From: an uncultured Smithella sp.
Lineage (GTDB): Bacteria; Desulfobacterota; Syntrophia; Syntrophales; Smithellaceae
DNA length: 47,138 nucleotides
NCBI GenBank assembly: GCA_964405915.1
Contig: CAYOPU010000001.1
Coordinates: 1 to 47,138 of the forward strand
Reading direction: 5' to 3'
The translations under genes and the position numbers were made by a program. Each line of letters opens with the position of its first letter. The stretch's first letter is position 1. This document shows, piece by piece, positions 1 to 9,168 of the stretch. The notes under the pieces are model-generated. The model saw only the letters and a list, made by a program, of their open reading frames with translations. It searched no databases and was not told the origin of the DNA.

Positions 1-838
1 TTAATTGCTTGAAATAATCCTGAAAAGCAAGCTGCCAGGGCTGCATGGTTTTGCCGGTTGCGGTCATGAACTTTTGCATGCCGAGAACGCTGTAAGCCGG
101 ACGCCTGGCCGCCCGCATGAGCTCGCTGGTTTTCATGGGCAACAATTCGACTTTATCCAGATGCGCTTCCTGCAGAATTTTTTTAGCAAAATCAAACCAT
201 GTGCAAAAACCGCGGTTGGTCACATGGAAAATACCCCGGGCGTTTTTGTCCACCAGAAGCTCGGTTGCCGCCGCCAAATCCCGGGTGCAGGTGGGTGAAC
301 CCGTCTGATCGTCCACGACGGTCAGTTTGCCCGTTGTTCTCGCTTTGTCCAGAATGGCCTGCACGAAGTTTTTTCCTTTCGCGCCATAGAGCCAGGCCGT
401 GCGGATGATGATGTAATTATCCGTCAGATGGCGCAGATGGTGTTCGCCGGCCAGCTTGGATGCTCCATAGGTATTCATCGGATTGCAGGGATCCTCTTCC
501 GTGTAGGGACGGGTTCCGTTTCCATCAAAAACATAATCCGTGCTGTAATGGATAATCGTAATATTTTTACCACTGCAGGCCTCGGCAATATTTTTGACCG
601 CTTCGGCGTTAACCGCAAAACATTCTTCTTTGGCCGTTTCACAGCCATCCACATTGGTATAGGCGGCGGCATTGATGACCAGTTGCGGCTGGATTTCGGC
701 CACGGCCTTCCGGCATTCGGATGCGCTTGTGATGTTGATTTCTCCGATATCCATGCCGACAATGTCATGGCGGTAATGAAATTGCGCCATCAGATCGCTT
801 CCCAGCATTCCCTTGTGTCCCAGCAGCAAGACTTTCAT
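1..838 (-). CDS. rfbD: dTDP-4-dehydrorhamnose reductase (RmlD type); C-terminal end runs off the window edge
   Basis: Reverse-strand ATG at 836-838. Translation starts MKVLLLGHKGMLGSDLMAQ (Rossmann GxxGxxG), contains ECRKAVAEIQPQLVINAAAY mid-gene, and the frame (codons 2-4 ... 836-838) stays open to ...AFQDYFKQL at position 2 with no stop. That explains its absence from the ORF track. The + strand ORFs 5..298 and 428..853 are antisense shadows. Confidence 0.85.
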   Translation of the reverse strand, partial: MKVLLLGHKGMLGSDLMAQFHYRHDIVGMDIGEINITSASECRKAVAEIQPQLVINAAAYTNVDGCETAKEECFAVNAEAVKNIAEACSGKNITIIHYSTDYVFDGNGTRPYTEEDPCNPMNTYGASKLAGEHHLRHLTDNYIIIRTAWLYGAKGKNFVQAILDKARTTGKLTVVDDQTGSPTCTRDLAAATELLVDKNARGIFHVTNRGFCTWFDFAKKILQEAHLDKVELLPMKTSELMRAARRPAYSVLGMQKFMTATGKTMQPWQLAFQDYFKQL

Positions 839-842
839 GTTT

Positions 843-1580
843 TCAGTATCTGACCTCCTTTAAGAAAAGACCGCAGGCGGGCGCTGTTGCCCCCGCAATA
901 TTGCGGTCGCGCGAATCAATAATCTCCTTCATGTCTTCCGGTTGCCGTTTACCGCGTGCGACTTCCACCAGGGTTCCGACGATGTTGCGTACCATATACT
1001 TCAAAAATCCCTTAGCTTCCACCGTAATTTCGATCAAGCCGTCCGGGCCGGTTTCAATGCCAATTCCGGTAAGTGTTCGTGTGCGATCTTTCACATCTGT
1101 GCCGGTGGCGCAAAAACAGGAAAAATCATGTGTACCCACCAGACAGGATCCCGCTTCGCGCATTTTTTCCAGATCCAGCGGATAACGGATGAACCAGCAG
1201 TAGTCGCGTCCCAGCGCAGGTCTCAGACTCTGATTACAAATACGGTAAACATAAATTTTGCTTTTCACATCGCGCTGGGCGTGAAAATCGATGGGAACCT
1301 CTTCAATCTTTTTCACCACGACATCCGGCGGCAGAACACTGTTGACACCCCGGAATATTTTTTCCACGGGAAGCAGGGTGGGGCTTTTAAAGTTGGCCGC
1401 CTGATTAATTGCATGCACCCCGGCATCCGTGCGGCCGGAGCCGATCAGAGTGACCTTGCCCGATGTAATCCGTCCGACAGCTTCTTCCAGGATCTGCTGA
1501 ATCGAAACACCGTTTGGCTGTCTCTGCCAGCCGCAGTAAGCCGCACCGTCATATTCCACTATCATTTTAAAGTTACGCAT
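843..1580 (-). CDS. truA: tRNA pseudouridine(38-40) synthase TruA
   Basis: 245-aa ORF. N-terminus MIVEYDGAAYCGWQRQPNG and GSGRTDAGVHA (catalytic Asp motif) are typical of TruA. Its stop lies 4 nt upstream of the rfbD ATG, so the two are probably co-transcribed. Confidence 0.95.
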   Translation of the reverse strand: MRNFKMIVEYDGAAYCGWQRQPNGVSIQQILEEAVGRITSGKVTLIGSGRTDAGVHAINQAANFKSPTLLPVEKIFRGVNSVLPPDVVVKKIEEVPIDFHAQRDVKSKIYVYRICNQSLRPALGRDYCWFIRYPLDLEKMREAGSCLVGTHDFSCFCATGTDVKDRTRTLTGIGIETGPDGLIEITVEAKGFLKYMVRNIVGTLVEVARGKRQPEDMKEIIDSRDRNIAGATAPACGLFLKEVRY

Positions 1581-1740
1581 GTTTTATTAATCGTACTTGC
1601 CAGTTTTTTCCAAAAAGGTTAAGCATAAAATCAACAACTTTCAAAGCATAGCCGGTTCAAAACCGTGTTTTGTCAGCTGTGATAGTAACTTACACAAAAA
1701 ACCGGGTCAAGACAAAAACCCGACATGAAGGAGAATGTTG

Positions 1741-3312
1741 ATGAGTGACGATTTGCAAAAAACGACAACGCAGGGGAAAATCAAAACATTTGAAGAAAAA
1801 GTTCAAGCCCTGATGCAAATGGGCGGTGAAAAACAAGTTAAAAAACAGCACGACGGCGGGAAACTGACTGCCCGTGAACGTCTGGAGAATTTATTTGATA
1901 AAGGAACCTTCCAGGAAATTCAACTTTTTGTGAAGCATCACGCGACTCTTTTCGGCATGGATAAAAAAGAAATCCCGGCCGACGGTGTCATCACGGGTTT
2001 TGGCAAGGTCAACGGCCGCACCGTTTTTGCCGCCTCCCAGGACTTTACCAGCGCGGGCGGCACGCTGGGGGAAATGCACGCCAAAAAAATCTGGAAAGTC
2101 ATGGATATGGCGATTGCCGCGCAAAAACCGTTTATCGCTATCAATGATTCCGGCGGCGCCAGAATTCAGGAAGGCGTTCCCTCGCTGGAAGGCTACGGCG
2201 GGATCTTTTACCGCAATACGCAGGCTTCCGGCTATATTCCTCAGCTCACCGCCATCATGGGGCCGACGGCCGGCGGCGCGGTTTATTCTCCTGCGCTTAC
2301 CGACTGGATCTTCATGGTAAAAAACACATCCTACATGTACATCACCGGGCCGGAAGTCATCAAGGCGGTGATCGGCGAAGAGGTGACCCAGGAAGACCTG
2401 GGCGGCGCCATGGCGCATGCTTCCAAAAGCGGCGTCTGTCATGTCGTGACGGAAAATGACACGGACTGCCTCGATAAAATCAAAATGCTGCTTTCCTATC
2501 TGCCGGACAACTGCAACGCGCCGCTGCCTGTTGCAGCTGTCACCGACAACGCCGATCGCCTTTGTTCCGAACTGGACAAAATTATTCCAGACAAAACCTC
2601 GCGCGCGTATAACATGAAAAACGTCATCAAAGCCGTGGCGGACAATGGTGAGATGTTTGAGCTCCATGCGCAGTGGGCGCAAAACATGATCGTCGCCCTC
2701 ATCCGGATCATGGGCAGGCCTGTGGGCGTCATTGCCAACAATCCCATGTTTTACGCGGGCGTCCTCAATGTCAACGCCTCGGATAAAGCTTCGCGCTTCA
2801 TCCGTTTCTGCGACGCTTTCAACATTCCGCTTCTGACGTTTGCCGATGTCCCCGGCTACCTGCCGGGCACGGATCAGGAATGGGCGGGCATTATCCGACA
2901 CGGCGCGAAGCTGTTGCATGCCTATTCGGAGGCAACCGTTCCGAAAATCACCGTGGCGACGCGCAAGGATTACGGCGGAGCTTATCTCGGCATGTGCAGC
3001 AAACAGCTGGGCGCCGATTACGTCATGGCCTGGCCGACGGCGGAAATCGCGGTTATGGGCGCAGAAGGCGCGTGCAATATCATTTACCGCAGCGAGATTA
3101 AAGCTGCAGCCGATCCGGCGGCCAAACGCGCCGAACTGATTGCGGGTTACGAAGAGCAATTCAATAACCCGTATTTCGCGGCTTCCCTGGGCGCCATCGA
3201 AGAAGTCATTCTCCCGCGGGAAACACGTAAACGTATTATCGCGCTGCTGGACGCCCTGCAGGATAAAAAAGAGGCGCGCCTGACGAAGAAGCATAATAAC
3301 ATACCGCTTTGA
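1741..3312 (+). CDS. acyl-CoA carboxyltransferase (propionyl-CoA carboxylase beta / methylmalonyl-CoA carboxyltransferase 12S family)
   Basis: About 523 aa with full-length resemblance to the carboxyl-transferase family (GKLTARERL, DSGGARIQEG, MGPTAGGAVYSPALTD, YGGAYLGM). I chose the second ATG (1741) because GAAGGAGA sits 6 nt upstream, whereas the ATG at 1735 abuts the RBS. The antisense 467-aa ORF 1891..3294 is a shadow. Confidence 0.9.
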   Translation: MSDDLQKTTTQGKIKTFEEKVQALMQMGGEKQVKKQHDGGKLTARERLENLFDKGTFQEIQLFVKHHATLFGMDKKEIPADGVITGFGKVNGRTVFAASQDFTSAGGTLGEMHAKKIWKVMDMAIAAQKPFIAINDSGGARIQEGVPSLEGYGGIFYRNTQASGYIPQLTAIMGPTAGGAVYSPALTDWIFMVKNTSYMYITGPEVIKAVIGEEVTQEDLGGAMAHASKSGVCHVVTENDTDCLDKIKMLLSYLPDNCNAPLPVAAVTDNADRLCSELDKIIPDKTSRAYNMKNVIKAVADNGEMFELHAQWAQNMIVALIRIMGRPVGVIANNPMFYAGVLNVNASDKASRFIRFCDAFNIPLLTFADVPGYLPGTDQEWAGIIRHGAKLLHAYSEATVPKITVATRKDYGGAYLGMCSKQLGADYVMAWPTAEIAVMGAEGACNIIYRSEIKAAADPAAKRAELIAGYEEQFNNPYFAASLGAIEEVILPRETRKRIIALLDALQDKKEARLTKKHNNIPL

Positions 3313-3336
3313 GAAGGTTCAACGTTCCGGGAAAAG

Positions 3337-4467
3337 TTACAGGGGCTTTCCGAAAAGCAGCTTGAGCATATTGACGATCATCTTTTTTCTCCCGGCTCTT
3401 TCTTTGAGGATGCGTAGATACAGCATTTCCGTGTTCATCGGCGGCGCGGTGAGCTTGTCTTTCTTGATCAGCCTGGCGGCTTTGGGCTTACATCGGGTGA
3501 CGCAGAGACCGCACCCGATGCACCGGTCGGAATCCACGCGGAAGGTTTTGCCGTCTACAATAATGGCGTCCATTTGACAGCGTTTGACACAGACGCCGCA
3601 TCCCGTGCAGGAAGCCGCGTCGATGCGGGCGTAATAATTTGTGGCAAAAAACCGGGCGGGCCGGGGCTGCTTTTTGGCCGTGGTCAGAACGCCGCAGCAG
3701 CAGCCGCAGCAGATGCAGATGCAGGCGGGTTTTTTGGAATTACCGGGTTGAAGAACCATTCCTGTTTCTTCCGCCATGTCCAGGATATTAAGACATTCCT
3801 CTCTGGATATAGGTTTGGCGCGGTTGCGCGCCGCATAGCTCGCGGACCCGATCAGCAGACAGACTTCATAATGATCCGTTCGTTTGCAGGGGATTCCCCG
3901 GATGGCCTCGCCCTGCTTGCAGACGCAGTTGGCCACATGGAGCGTTTCCGGCGTATGGGTGATGAAATGCCGCATGTTGTCATAGGTATCGACGATGTAT
4001 TCCGGAACAATTGCCTTCAGGTGCGGGCTGGTGCGCAGCTGGGGCAGGGACGAGCGGAAGAATTCCGCGCCAAAGGCTTCGTCAAAATACTGGTGCATCA
4101 TGTCCACCAGTTCGGGGGTAAGATCATCGACGTGATATTCAAACATGCCGATCGCCAGCATGGCAACGCCGTAGCGGGGCGTCGATTTGCCGTCCGAACG
4201 CCTGATGACGCCTTTCATGAACATTTCCTCAAGCAACGCGCACAGCTCATCATGGGATAATTCAATCTGAAATTTATTTTTGAGCGTTTTGCGGATGGCG
4301 GAAACGGGGATCGACCGGAGCGTCAGGCACAAAGCAATCCTGGCCTGAAGCGGGGTGAAAAAGTATTGCAGAAGATCGATTTCCACGCCGCTTTTTGTTG
4401 CGGGATATCCAATCGGATATCGGTCTAATTGAAGCTGAAGCTGCCTGTATATTGCATCATCCGTCAT
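3337..4467 (-). CDS. Cys-rich iron-sulfur protein with a C-terminal 2x[4Fe-4S] ferredoxin domain; N-terminal ~240 aa of unknown function
   Basis: The track ORF 3337..4794 overlaps the upstream symporter gene. The internal ATG at 4465-4467 forms an ATGA overlap with the symporter stop. The product has the cluster ACICICCGCCCG plus two CxxCxxCxxxC motifs (CTGCGVCVKRC and CIGCGLCVTRC). Confidence 0.75.
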   Translation of the reverse strand: MTDDAIYRQLQLQLDRYPIGYPATKSGVEIDLLQYFFTPLQARIALCLTLRSIPVSAIRKTLKNKFQIELSHDELCALLEEMFMKGVIRRSDGKSTPRYGVAMLAIGMFEYHVDDLTPELVDMMHQYFDEAFGAEFFRSSLPQLRTSPHLKAIVPEYIVDTYDNMRHFITHTPETLHVANCVCKQGEAIRGIPCKRTDHYEVCLLIGSASYAARNRAKPISREECLNILDMAEETGMVLQPGNSKKPACICICCGCCCGVLTTAKKQPRPARFFATNYYARIDAASCTGCGVCVKRCQMDAIIVDGKTFRVDSDRCIGCGLCVTRCKPKAARLIKKDKLTAPPMNTEMLYLRILKERAGRKKMIVNMLKLLFGKPL

Positions 4468-5705
4468 CGGGGTTGGTCCATGTTCATCCAATCTTTTCCG
4501 CCCAGCACACGCGCAGCCATCATGCTGGAAACATTGTCGCCGATGGCGTTGAGCATGGTGGCGGGCGCGTCCACCAGCGTGCCGATCATGGTAATCAGCG
4601 GAAACGCTTCGGGAGGAAAGCCATAAAGCGATAAAATCAAGAGCTCGCCGATGGTCCCGCCGCCGGGGATGCCGCTGACAACCACGCCGGTTAAAAGGGC
4701 AATGCCCAGAGCGGTCAGGAGCGTTTCGATGCCGGTAAAAGGCATTTGAAATATTCCAAATAGAAAGGCGATTTTCAGAACAGCGGCCAGGCATGATCCT
4801 TCCATGTGAATCGTTGCGCCGATGGGAATAATAACTTCGCTGATGTCTTGAGGCACCCCGATTTTATCCGCCGCCTGCAGGTTAAAAGGAATCGTCGCCA
4901 TGGAGCTGCCGGTAGCCAGCGCCGTGACGGATGGCGGGACAATGTTACTCCAGAATTTTTTCACGCCGGATGAACCGCCAGCAAGATAGGCATACAGGGT
5001 AAAGGCCAGAAAGAAATATAAAATAGCGGTTGGATAATAAACGGCCATCGCGCTCGCATAGGAGCCCAGAAGCTGCGGTCCGAAGACGCCGACCAGATAG
5101 GCAAAGTAAGCGCAAAGCCCAATCGGCGCGTAATACATAATGAAGGAAATCAGCTTCATCATGACGGTGTTTGCCGACGCCAGAAATCCGGCAAAGGATT
5201 TTCCCTTTTCACCTACGGCGGATGTAGCCAAGCCGACCAGGATGGAGAAAACAATCAACGCCAACATGTTGTTCTTGGATAAAATATTGGGGAAGTCCGG
5301 AACGGTGAAGGCCCGGACGATTTGATCGGATGCTTTCAGATGGTCCATATTAACTGACGCAGGCAGGGGGATGTTTACACCGGACGCGGGAGGATAGAAA
5401 ATAACGGCGGCAATCATGATTGCCGATGCGATGAGGCCTGTCATGACAAAAATGAGAATCATCACGGAGAGAATTTTACCCAGGCGCTTGAGATTGGTCA
5501 TGGAAGCAACGGTGGATGAGATGGAAAAGAAAACCAGCGGAACAATCACGGTGAACAGCAGGTTCAAAAAAACATCGCCCAGCGGCTTGAAAGCGGCGGC
5601 GTCCTTTTGGTAGATCATGCCAAGGACAGCGCCAAGAATAATGGAGGCGACCAGTAGTAGCGAAAATCCATAGGATTTCAGAAATGGCGGCAGGCTTTTT
5701 GTCAT
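4464..5705 (-). CDS. dicarboxylate/amino acid:cation symporter (DAACS family)
   Basis: 413-aa polytopic membrane protein with overall DAACS/GltP-like sequence character, e.g. SSMATIPF and IPIGATIHMEGS segments. Confidence 0.9.
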   Translation of the reverse strand: MTKSLPPFLKSYGFSLLLVASIILGAVLGMIYQKDAAAFKPLGDVFLNLLFTVIVPLVFFSISSTVASMTNLKRLGKILSVMILIFVMTGLIASAIMIAAVIFYPPASGVNIPLPASVNMDHLKASDQIVRAFTVPDFPNILSKNNMLALIVFSILVGLATSAVGEKGKSFAGFLASANTVMMKLISFIMYYAPIGLCAYFAYLVGVFGPQLLGSYASAMAVYYPTAILYFFLAFTLYAYLAGGSSGVKKFWSNIVPPSVTALATGSSMATIPFNLQAADKIGVPQDISEVIIPIGATIHMEGSCLAAVLKIAFLFGIFQMPFTGIETLLTALGIALLTGVVVSGIPGGGTIGELLILSLYGFPPEAFPLITMIGTLVDAPATMLNAIGDNVSSMMAARVLGGKDWMNMDQPR

Positions 5706-5713
5706 ATTGTTTT

Positions 5714-6481
5714 TTATTTTACCGGGAAGTTGAAATACGTGTCGGGATACGGTTCGTTTTTAAGCGTGAAGTGCCACCACTCTTCGGGCAGGTTCCTGAA
5801 GCCGTATTTGGCCATCAGCGTTTTTAAAAGCAGGCGGTGGGCTCTTTGCCGCGGCCCGAGGTTGATATTTTCCGGGTGCGACAGTTCATGGAAGCAGTCG
5901 AAGCCCGTGCCCATATCCAGAGAATTGTCGGCAAAGCGAACGCCCGCGGGCAGATAACATTCCTTCAGTGGTTCGCCCGCCCGGTAAGGAGGCTGGATCG
6001 GCGTCGGCAGCGGCACAATCGTCAGATCCACCGTGCTGCCCCTGCTGTGGCCGGAGCGTGCGGCGATATAGCCGTCGCGGAAAAGATTGCGCTTGTCCAC
6101 GGTGGGGTAAAACTCTTTTCGGGTTTTCGTGTCGTCAATATCTTTGGCCCAGCGTACGAAGTGATCGACGGCCTGCTGTGGACGGTAGCAGTCATAAATT
6201 TTTATCGTCATGGCAAAAGGCGCCAGGTCTTTTTGAACGTTGGACAACGCCTCGGCCGCCTGCCGCGTCAGGATGCACGCGGGGGCCAGATAACCATCCA
6301 CTTTGACACCCAGAAAATTATGTTCGGTAAAGTAGCGGATATCCAGCAGGGCGTCGGGAATGACCTTTTCGATATGAACAAACGTATCGGGCATTTCATC
6401 GGCCGAAAGCGATGCGGGGGGCAGTGTCGCGCATATGAGGGTTGCCGCCAGAAGCGCGGCAAGGGATACTTTCAATTTCAT
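5714..6481 (-). CDS. VanX/DdpX-family D-Ala-D-Ala peptidase (M15D) with an N-terminal signal peptide
   Basis: Signal-like N-terminus MKLKVSLAALLAATLICATLPPASLSA. Family motifs YDCYRPQQAV and SGHSRGSTVDLT (SxHxxGxAxD-type zinc site), plus EWWHF near the C-terminus. Confidence 0.85.
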   Translation of the reverse strand: MKLKVSLAALLAATLICATLPPASLSADEMPDTFVHIEKVIPDALLDIRYFTEHNFLGVKVDGYLAPACILTRQAAEALSNVQKDLAPFAMTIKIYDCYRPQQAVDHFVRWAKDIDDTKTRKEFYPTVDKRNLFRDGYIAARSGHSRGSTVDLTIVPLPTPIQPPYRAGEPLKECYLPAGVRFADNSLDMGTGFDCFHELSHPENINLGPRQRAHRLLLKTLMAKYGFRNLPEEWWHFTLKNEPYPDTYFNFPVK

Positions 6482-7203
6482 GGATGCTCCTCCTTTTTTA
6501 AAGGTTCAGGGTTGATGACGATGACGGGGCTGGCCGCCGGATCCAGCCAGGACAGGATTTTCAGGATGTCCGGTTGGGAAGCGGCAACGCAGCCGGCTGT
6601 GGCGGTGCCTGGCCCTTTCCAGATATGCAGAAAGATTGCGCTGCCGCGGCCTTTGATTACCGGATCGGTATTGTATTCAATGATGACGCCGTATTGATAC
6701 AGATCGTCGTCGCGTCTCATTTTTTCATAGGAAGCCGCCTTGGTCTTGTGCTGCTTGACCCAGCGGTTGTAATCCGGGGCGTCCGGATCGTCAACCCACA
6801 GGTCGTCCGCCAGGGCCTGACGGTACGGCATTTTCGTGTCAATTAACTCAGCGTAGCCGAAGGCTGTTTCCAGACGGTAAACTCCGGACGGCGTCCGTCC
6901 GTCCCCCTCTCTTTTTTCGCCCTGCGGCGCGAAGCCGTTTCTCCCGACGACGGCGTCGAAGGGGTTCATGGCCTGACGCCAGGTGGAGGATGTTTTTTCC
7001 ATGGCGTAAACTTTTCCGGGCGTAAAGGACGGGAGGCCTTCATTCGTCACGAGGAGAATCTGGCGGGTATCGGGAGAAATGTTTTGTGTAACGGACCCCA
7101 GGTCGGCTGTTCTTATTTTAGCGGCGCAGGCCGTCAGCATAAAAAAGGTCAGTGCAAGGACGGCAAAACGGATGATTGTTCCAAATGAATTTTGCTTTTT
7201 CAC
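6478..7203 (-). CDS. L,D-transpeptidase-fold (YkuD domain) lipoprotein
   Basis: Catalytic-type motif GSAIFLHIWKGPGTATAGCVA (His ... Gly-Cys). Lipobox-like FFMLTAC. I chose the GTG at 7201-7203 because AAAGG lies 7 nt upstream. The track start at 7263 is a TTG with no RBS. The stop overlaps the VanX-like start (ATGA at 6478-6481). Confidence 0.8.
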   Translation of the reverse strand: MKKQNSFGTIIRFAVLALTFFMLTACAAKIRTADLGSVTQNISPDTRQILLVTNEGLPSFTPGKVYAMEKTSSTWRQAMNPFDAVVGRNGFAPQGEKREGDGRTPSGVYRLETAFGYAELIDTKMPYRQALADDLWVDDPDAPDYNRWVKQHKTKAASYEKMRRDDDLYQYGVIIEYNTDPVIKGRGSAIFLHIWKGPGTATAGCVAASQPDILKILSWLDPAASPVIVINPEPLKKEEHP

Positions 7204-7323
7204 GATTGAACCTTTCTGTAAGCGGCGCGGAAGTACAATATAAAGGATGTTTCCGACTGTCAACTAATAATATGCGCCGTTGAACAGGCTATTACCGGAA
7301 AGCTGACACTGGCGAAGATTTTC

Positions 7324-7352
7324 TTGACATCTCAAACAGCGTTTCTTATGCT
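7324..7352 (+). promoter_or_regulatory. sigma70-type promoter candidate for the acyl-CoA ligase operon
   Basis: TTGACA (7324-7329), 17-nt spacer, TATGCT (7347-7352), about 35 nt upstream of the ATG at 7388, which has an AAGGA RBS. Confidence 0.5.
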
Positions 7353-7387
7353 TGACCCGACAAATTTAGAAGCACAAGGAATAAAAA

Positions 7388-9019
7388 ATGCCGATCACCG
7401 AAATTCTTGTCCGCAACGCCGCCCTTTACGGCGACGAAATAAGCCTTGTTGAAATCAATCCTGAAATCAAGGAAATCACTGCAAATTGGAAAGATTATGA
7501 CCTGGTCGAAACCGATCCCGAAAAGAAGTACCGGCGGGAGATGACCTGGCGTGAGTTTGATGACAAAGCCAACCGCTTTGCCAATTTTTTACTGGGAAGA
7601 GGTTTGCAGAAAGGCCACAAAGTCGGGATTCTGCTGATGAACTGCCTGGAGTGGCTGCCGATTTATTTCGGCATTCTGAAAACCGGCGCTCTCGCGGTGC
7701 CGCTCAACTATCGCTATACAGAGGATGAAATCAAATACTGCCTCGATCTGGCCGAATGCGATATTTTGATCTTCGGACCGGAATTTACCGGGAGAATCGA
7801 GGCGATTCGCGGGCAGATTCCGAATGTAAAAATACGCCTGTTTCTGGGTCAGGACTGCCCCGCGTTTGCCGAAAATTATTATGCGCTCACCGCGTGTTGT
7901 TCCTCCGCAGCCACGAAAATAACGCTTTCCGACGATGATGACGCCGCGATCTATTTTTCATCCGGCACCACCGGTTTCCCCAAGGCAATTCTCCATACGC
8001 ACCGCGCCCTGATGTTTTCCTGCGAAGTGGAAATGGATCACCACAAACAGACGCGCGGGGATAATTTTCTCTGCATTCCGCCGCTCTATCACACCGGCGC
8101 GAAAATGCACTGGTTCGGCAGCTTTCTTTCCGGAAGCAAAGCGGTGCTGTTGCGCGGCGTCAAACCGGAGTGGATTATCAAAGCGGTATCCGAGGAACAG
8201 GTCACCATTGTCTGGCTGCTGGTTCCGTGGGCGCAGGACGTTCTGGACGCCATCGAACACGGGGACCTCAGGCCGGAAAACTACAAGCTCGATCAGTGGC
8301 GGCTGATGCACATCGGCGCCCAGCCGGTTCCGCCCAGCCTGATCAAACGCTGGAAAAGTCATTTTCCGAACCATGATTACGACACCAATTACGGCCTTTC
8401 GGAATCCATCGGTCCCGGCTGCGTTCACCTCGGCATCGAAAACATCCACAAAGTCGGCGCCATCGGCAAAGCCGGTTACCAATGGGAGGTGCAGATCGTG
8501 GATGAAAACGGCCATCCTGTGAAGCAGGGAGAGGTGGGCGAGCTTTGTGTAAAAGGCCCGGGCGTGATGAAATGCTACTACAATAATCCTGAGGCCACGG
8601 CCGAAATGCTTAAAAACGCCTGGCTTTACACGGGCGATATGGCCCGCATGGATGAAGACGGCTTTATTTATCTGGTCGATCGTAAAAAAGATGTTGTGAT
8701 CACGGGAGGCGAGAATATTTATCCGGTGCAGATCGAAGATTTTTTGCGCGCGCACAGTGCGATCAAGGATGTGGCAGTAATCGGCCTTCCGGACCATCGT
8801 CTGGGTGAAATCGTTGCGGCGATTATTGATCTGAAGCCGGGCTTTTCCAGTTCCGAAGCCGAGATCATGCAATTTTGTGCCGCGCTGCCGCGCTACAAGC
8901 GTCCGCGCAGAATCATGTTTGACAAGGTGCCGCGCAATCCCACCGGAAAAATTGAAAAGCCGCGGCTGCGTGAAAAGTATTGCGGCGGCAGCCTCGTTGA
9001 AATGGAAATGGAGGGTTGA
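7388..9019 (+). CDS. AMP-forming acyl-CoA ligase (long/medium-chain fatty acid--CoA ligase family)
   Basis: 543 aa. AMP-binding signature YFSSGTTGFPKAI, plus YTGDMARMDEDGFIYLVDRKKD and C-terminal PRNPTGKIEKPRL (A10 lysine motif). Confidence 0.9.
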   Translation: MPITEILVRNAALYGDEISLVEINPEIKEITANWKDYDLVETDPEKKYRREMTWREFDDKANRFANFLLGRGLQKGHKVGILLMNCLEWLPIYFGILKTGALAVPLNYRYTEDEIKYCLDLAECDILIFGPEFTGRIEAIRGQIPNVKIRLFLGQDCPAFAENYYALTACCSSAATKITLSDDDDAAIYFSSGTTGFPKAILHTHRALMFSCEVEMDHHKQTRGDNFLCIPPLYHTGAKMHWFGSFLSGSKAVLLRGVKPEWIIKAVSEEQVTIVWLLVPWAQDVLDAIEHGDLRPENYKLDQWRLMHIGAQPVPPSLIKRWKSHFPNHDYDTNYGLSESIGPGCVHLGIENIHKVGAIGKAGYQWEVQIVDENGHPVKQGEVGELCVKGPGVMKCYYNNPEATAEMLKNAWLYTGDMARMDEDGFIYLVDRKKDVVITGGENIYPVQIEDFLRAHSAIKDVAVIGLPDHRLGEIVAAIIDLKPGFSSSEAEIMQFCAALPRYKRPRRIMFDKVPRNPTGKIEKPRLREKYCGGSLVEMEMEG

Positions 9020-9030
9020 AATGTAAAGAC

Positions 9031-9067
9031 CGGAAGGTTCGTTCAGGCTTCCGCGCTTTATTTCTTT
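9031..9067 (+). terminator. possible rho-independent terminator after the acyl-CoA ligase gene
   Basis: CGGAAG (9031-9036) pairs with CTTCCG (9048-9053) across an 11-nt loop, followed by the T-rich run CGCTTTATTTCTTT. The stem is only 6 bp. Confidence 0.4.
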
Positions 9068-9168
9068 GGACTTGATAAAATAGCTGTGGAATTGTACAAG
9101 GAACACTCAGGGATAGCCTTCGCTGTCCTGGAAATGACAGATGAGACATCTCAACTGAGGAGAAAAAA

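Noticed and set aside
1891-3294. Long antisense ORFs opposite clearly homologous genes. Examples are 1891..3294(-), 5837..6697(+), 7958..9106(-), 10192..11949(-), 12312..13034(-), 15555..16256(-), 20705..21574(-), 24888..25547(-), 25909..26703(+), 28125..28895(+), 30932..31771(+) and 37301..38527(+).
   Set aside because: Their translations are Arg/Gly/His-rich with no recognisable motifs. In every case the opposite strand encodes a protein with strong family signatures. They are typical shadow ORFs of moderately GC-rich DNA.
3337-4794. Over-extended 5' ends in the ORF track: 3337..4794, 23879..24700, 28838..30010, 29820..30344, 32124..32870, 33688..34647, 37025..39679, 20732..21538 and 24858..25703.
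   Set aside because: The extensions overlap upstream genes or lack RBSs. Internal ATG or GTG codons with good Shine-Dalgarno sequences or ATGA stop-start overlaps give N-termini that match family expectations, so the shorter models were used.
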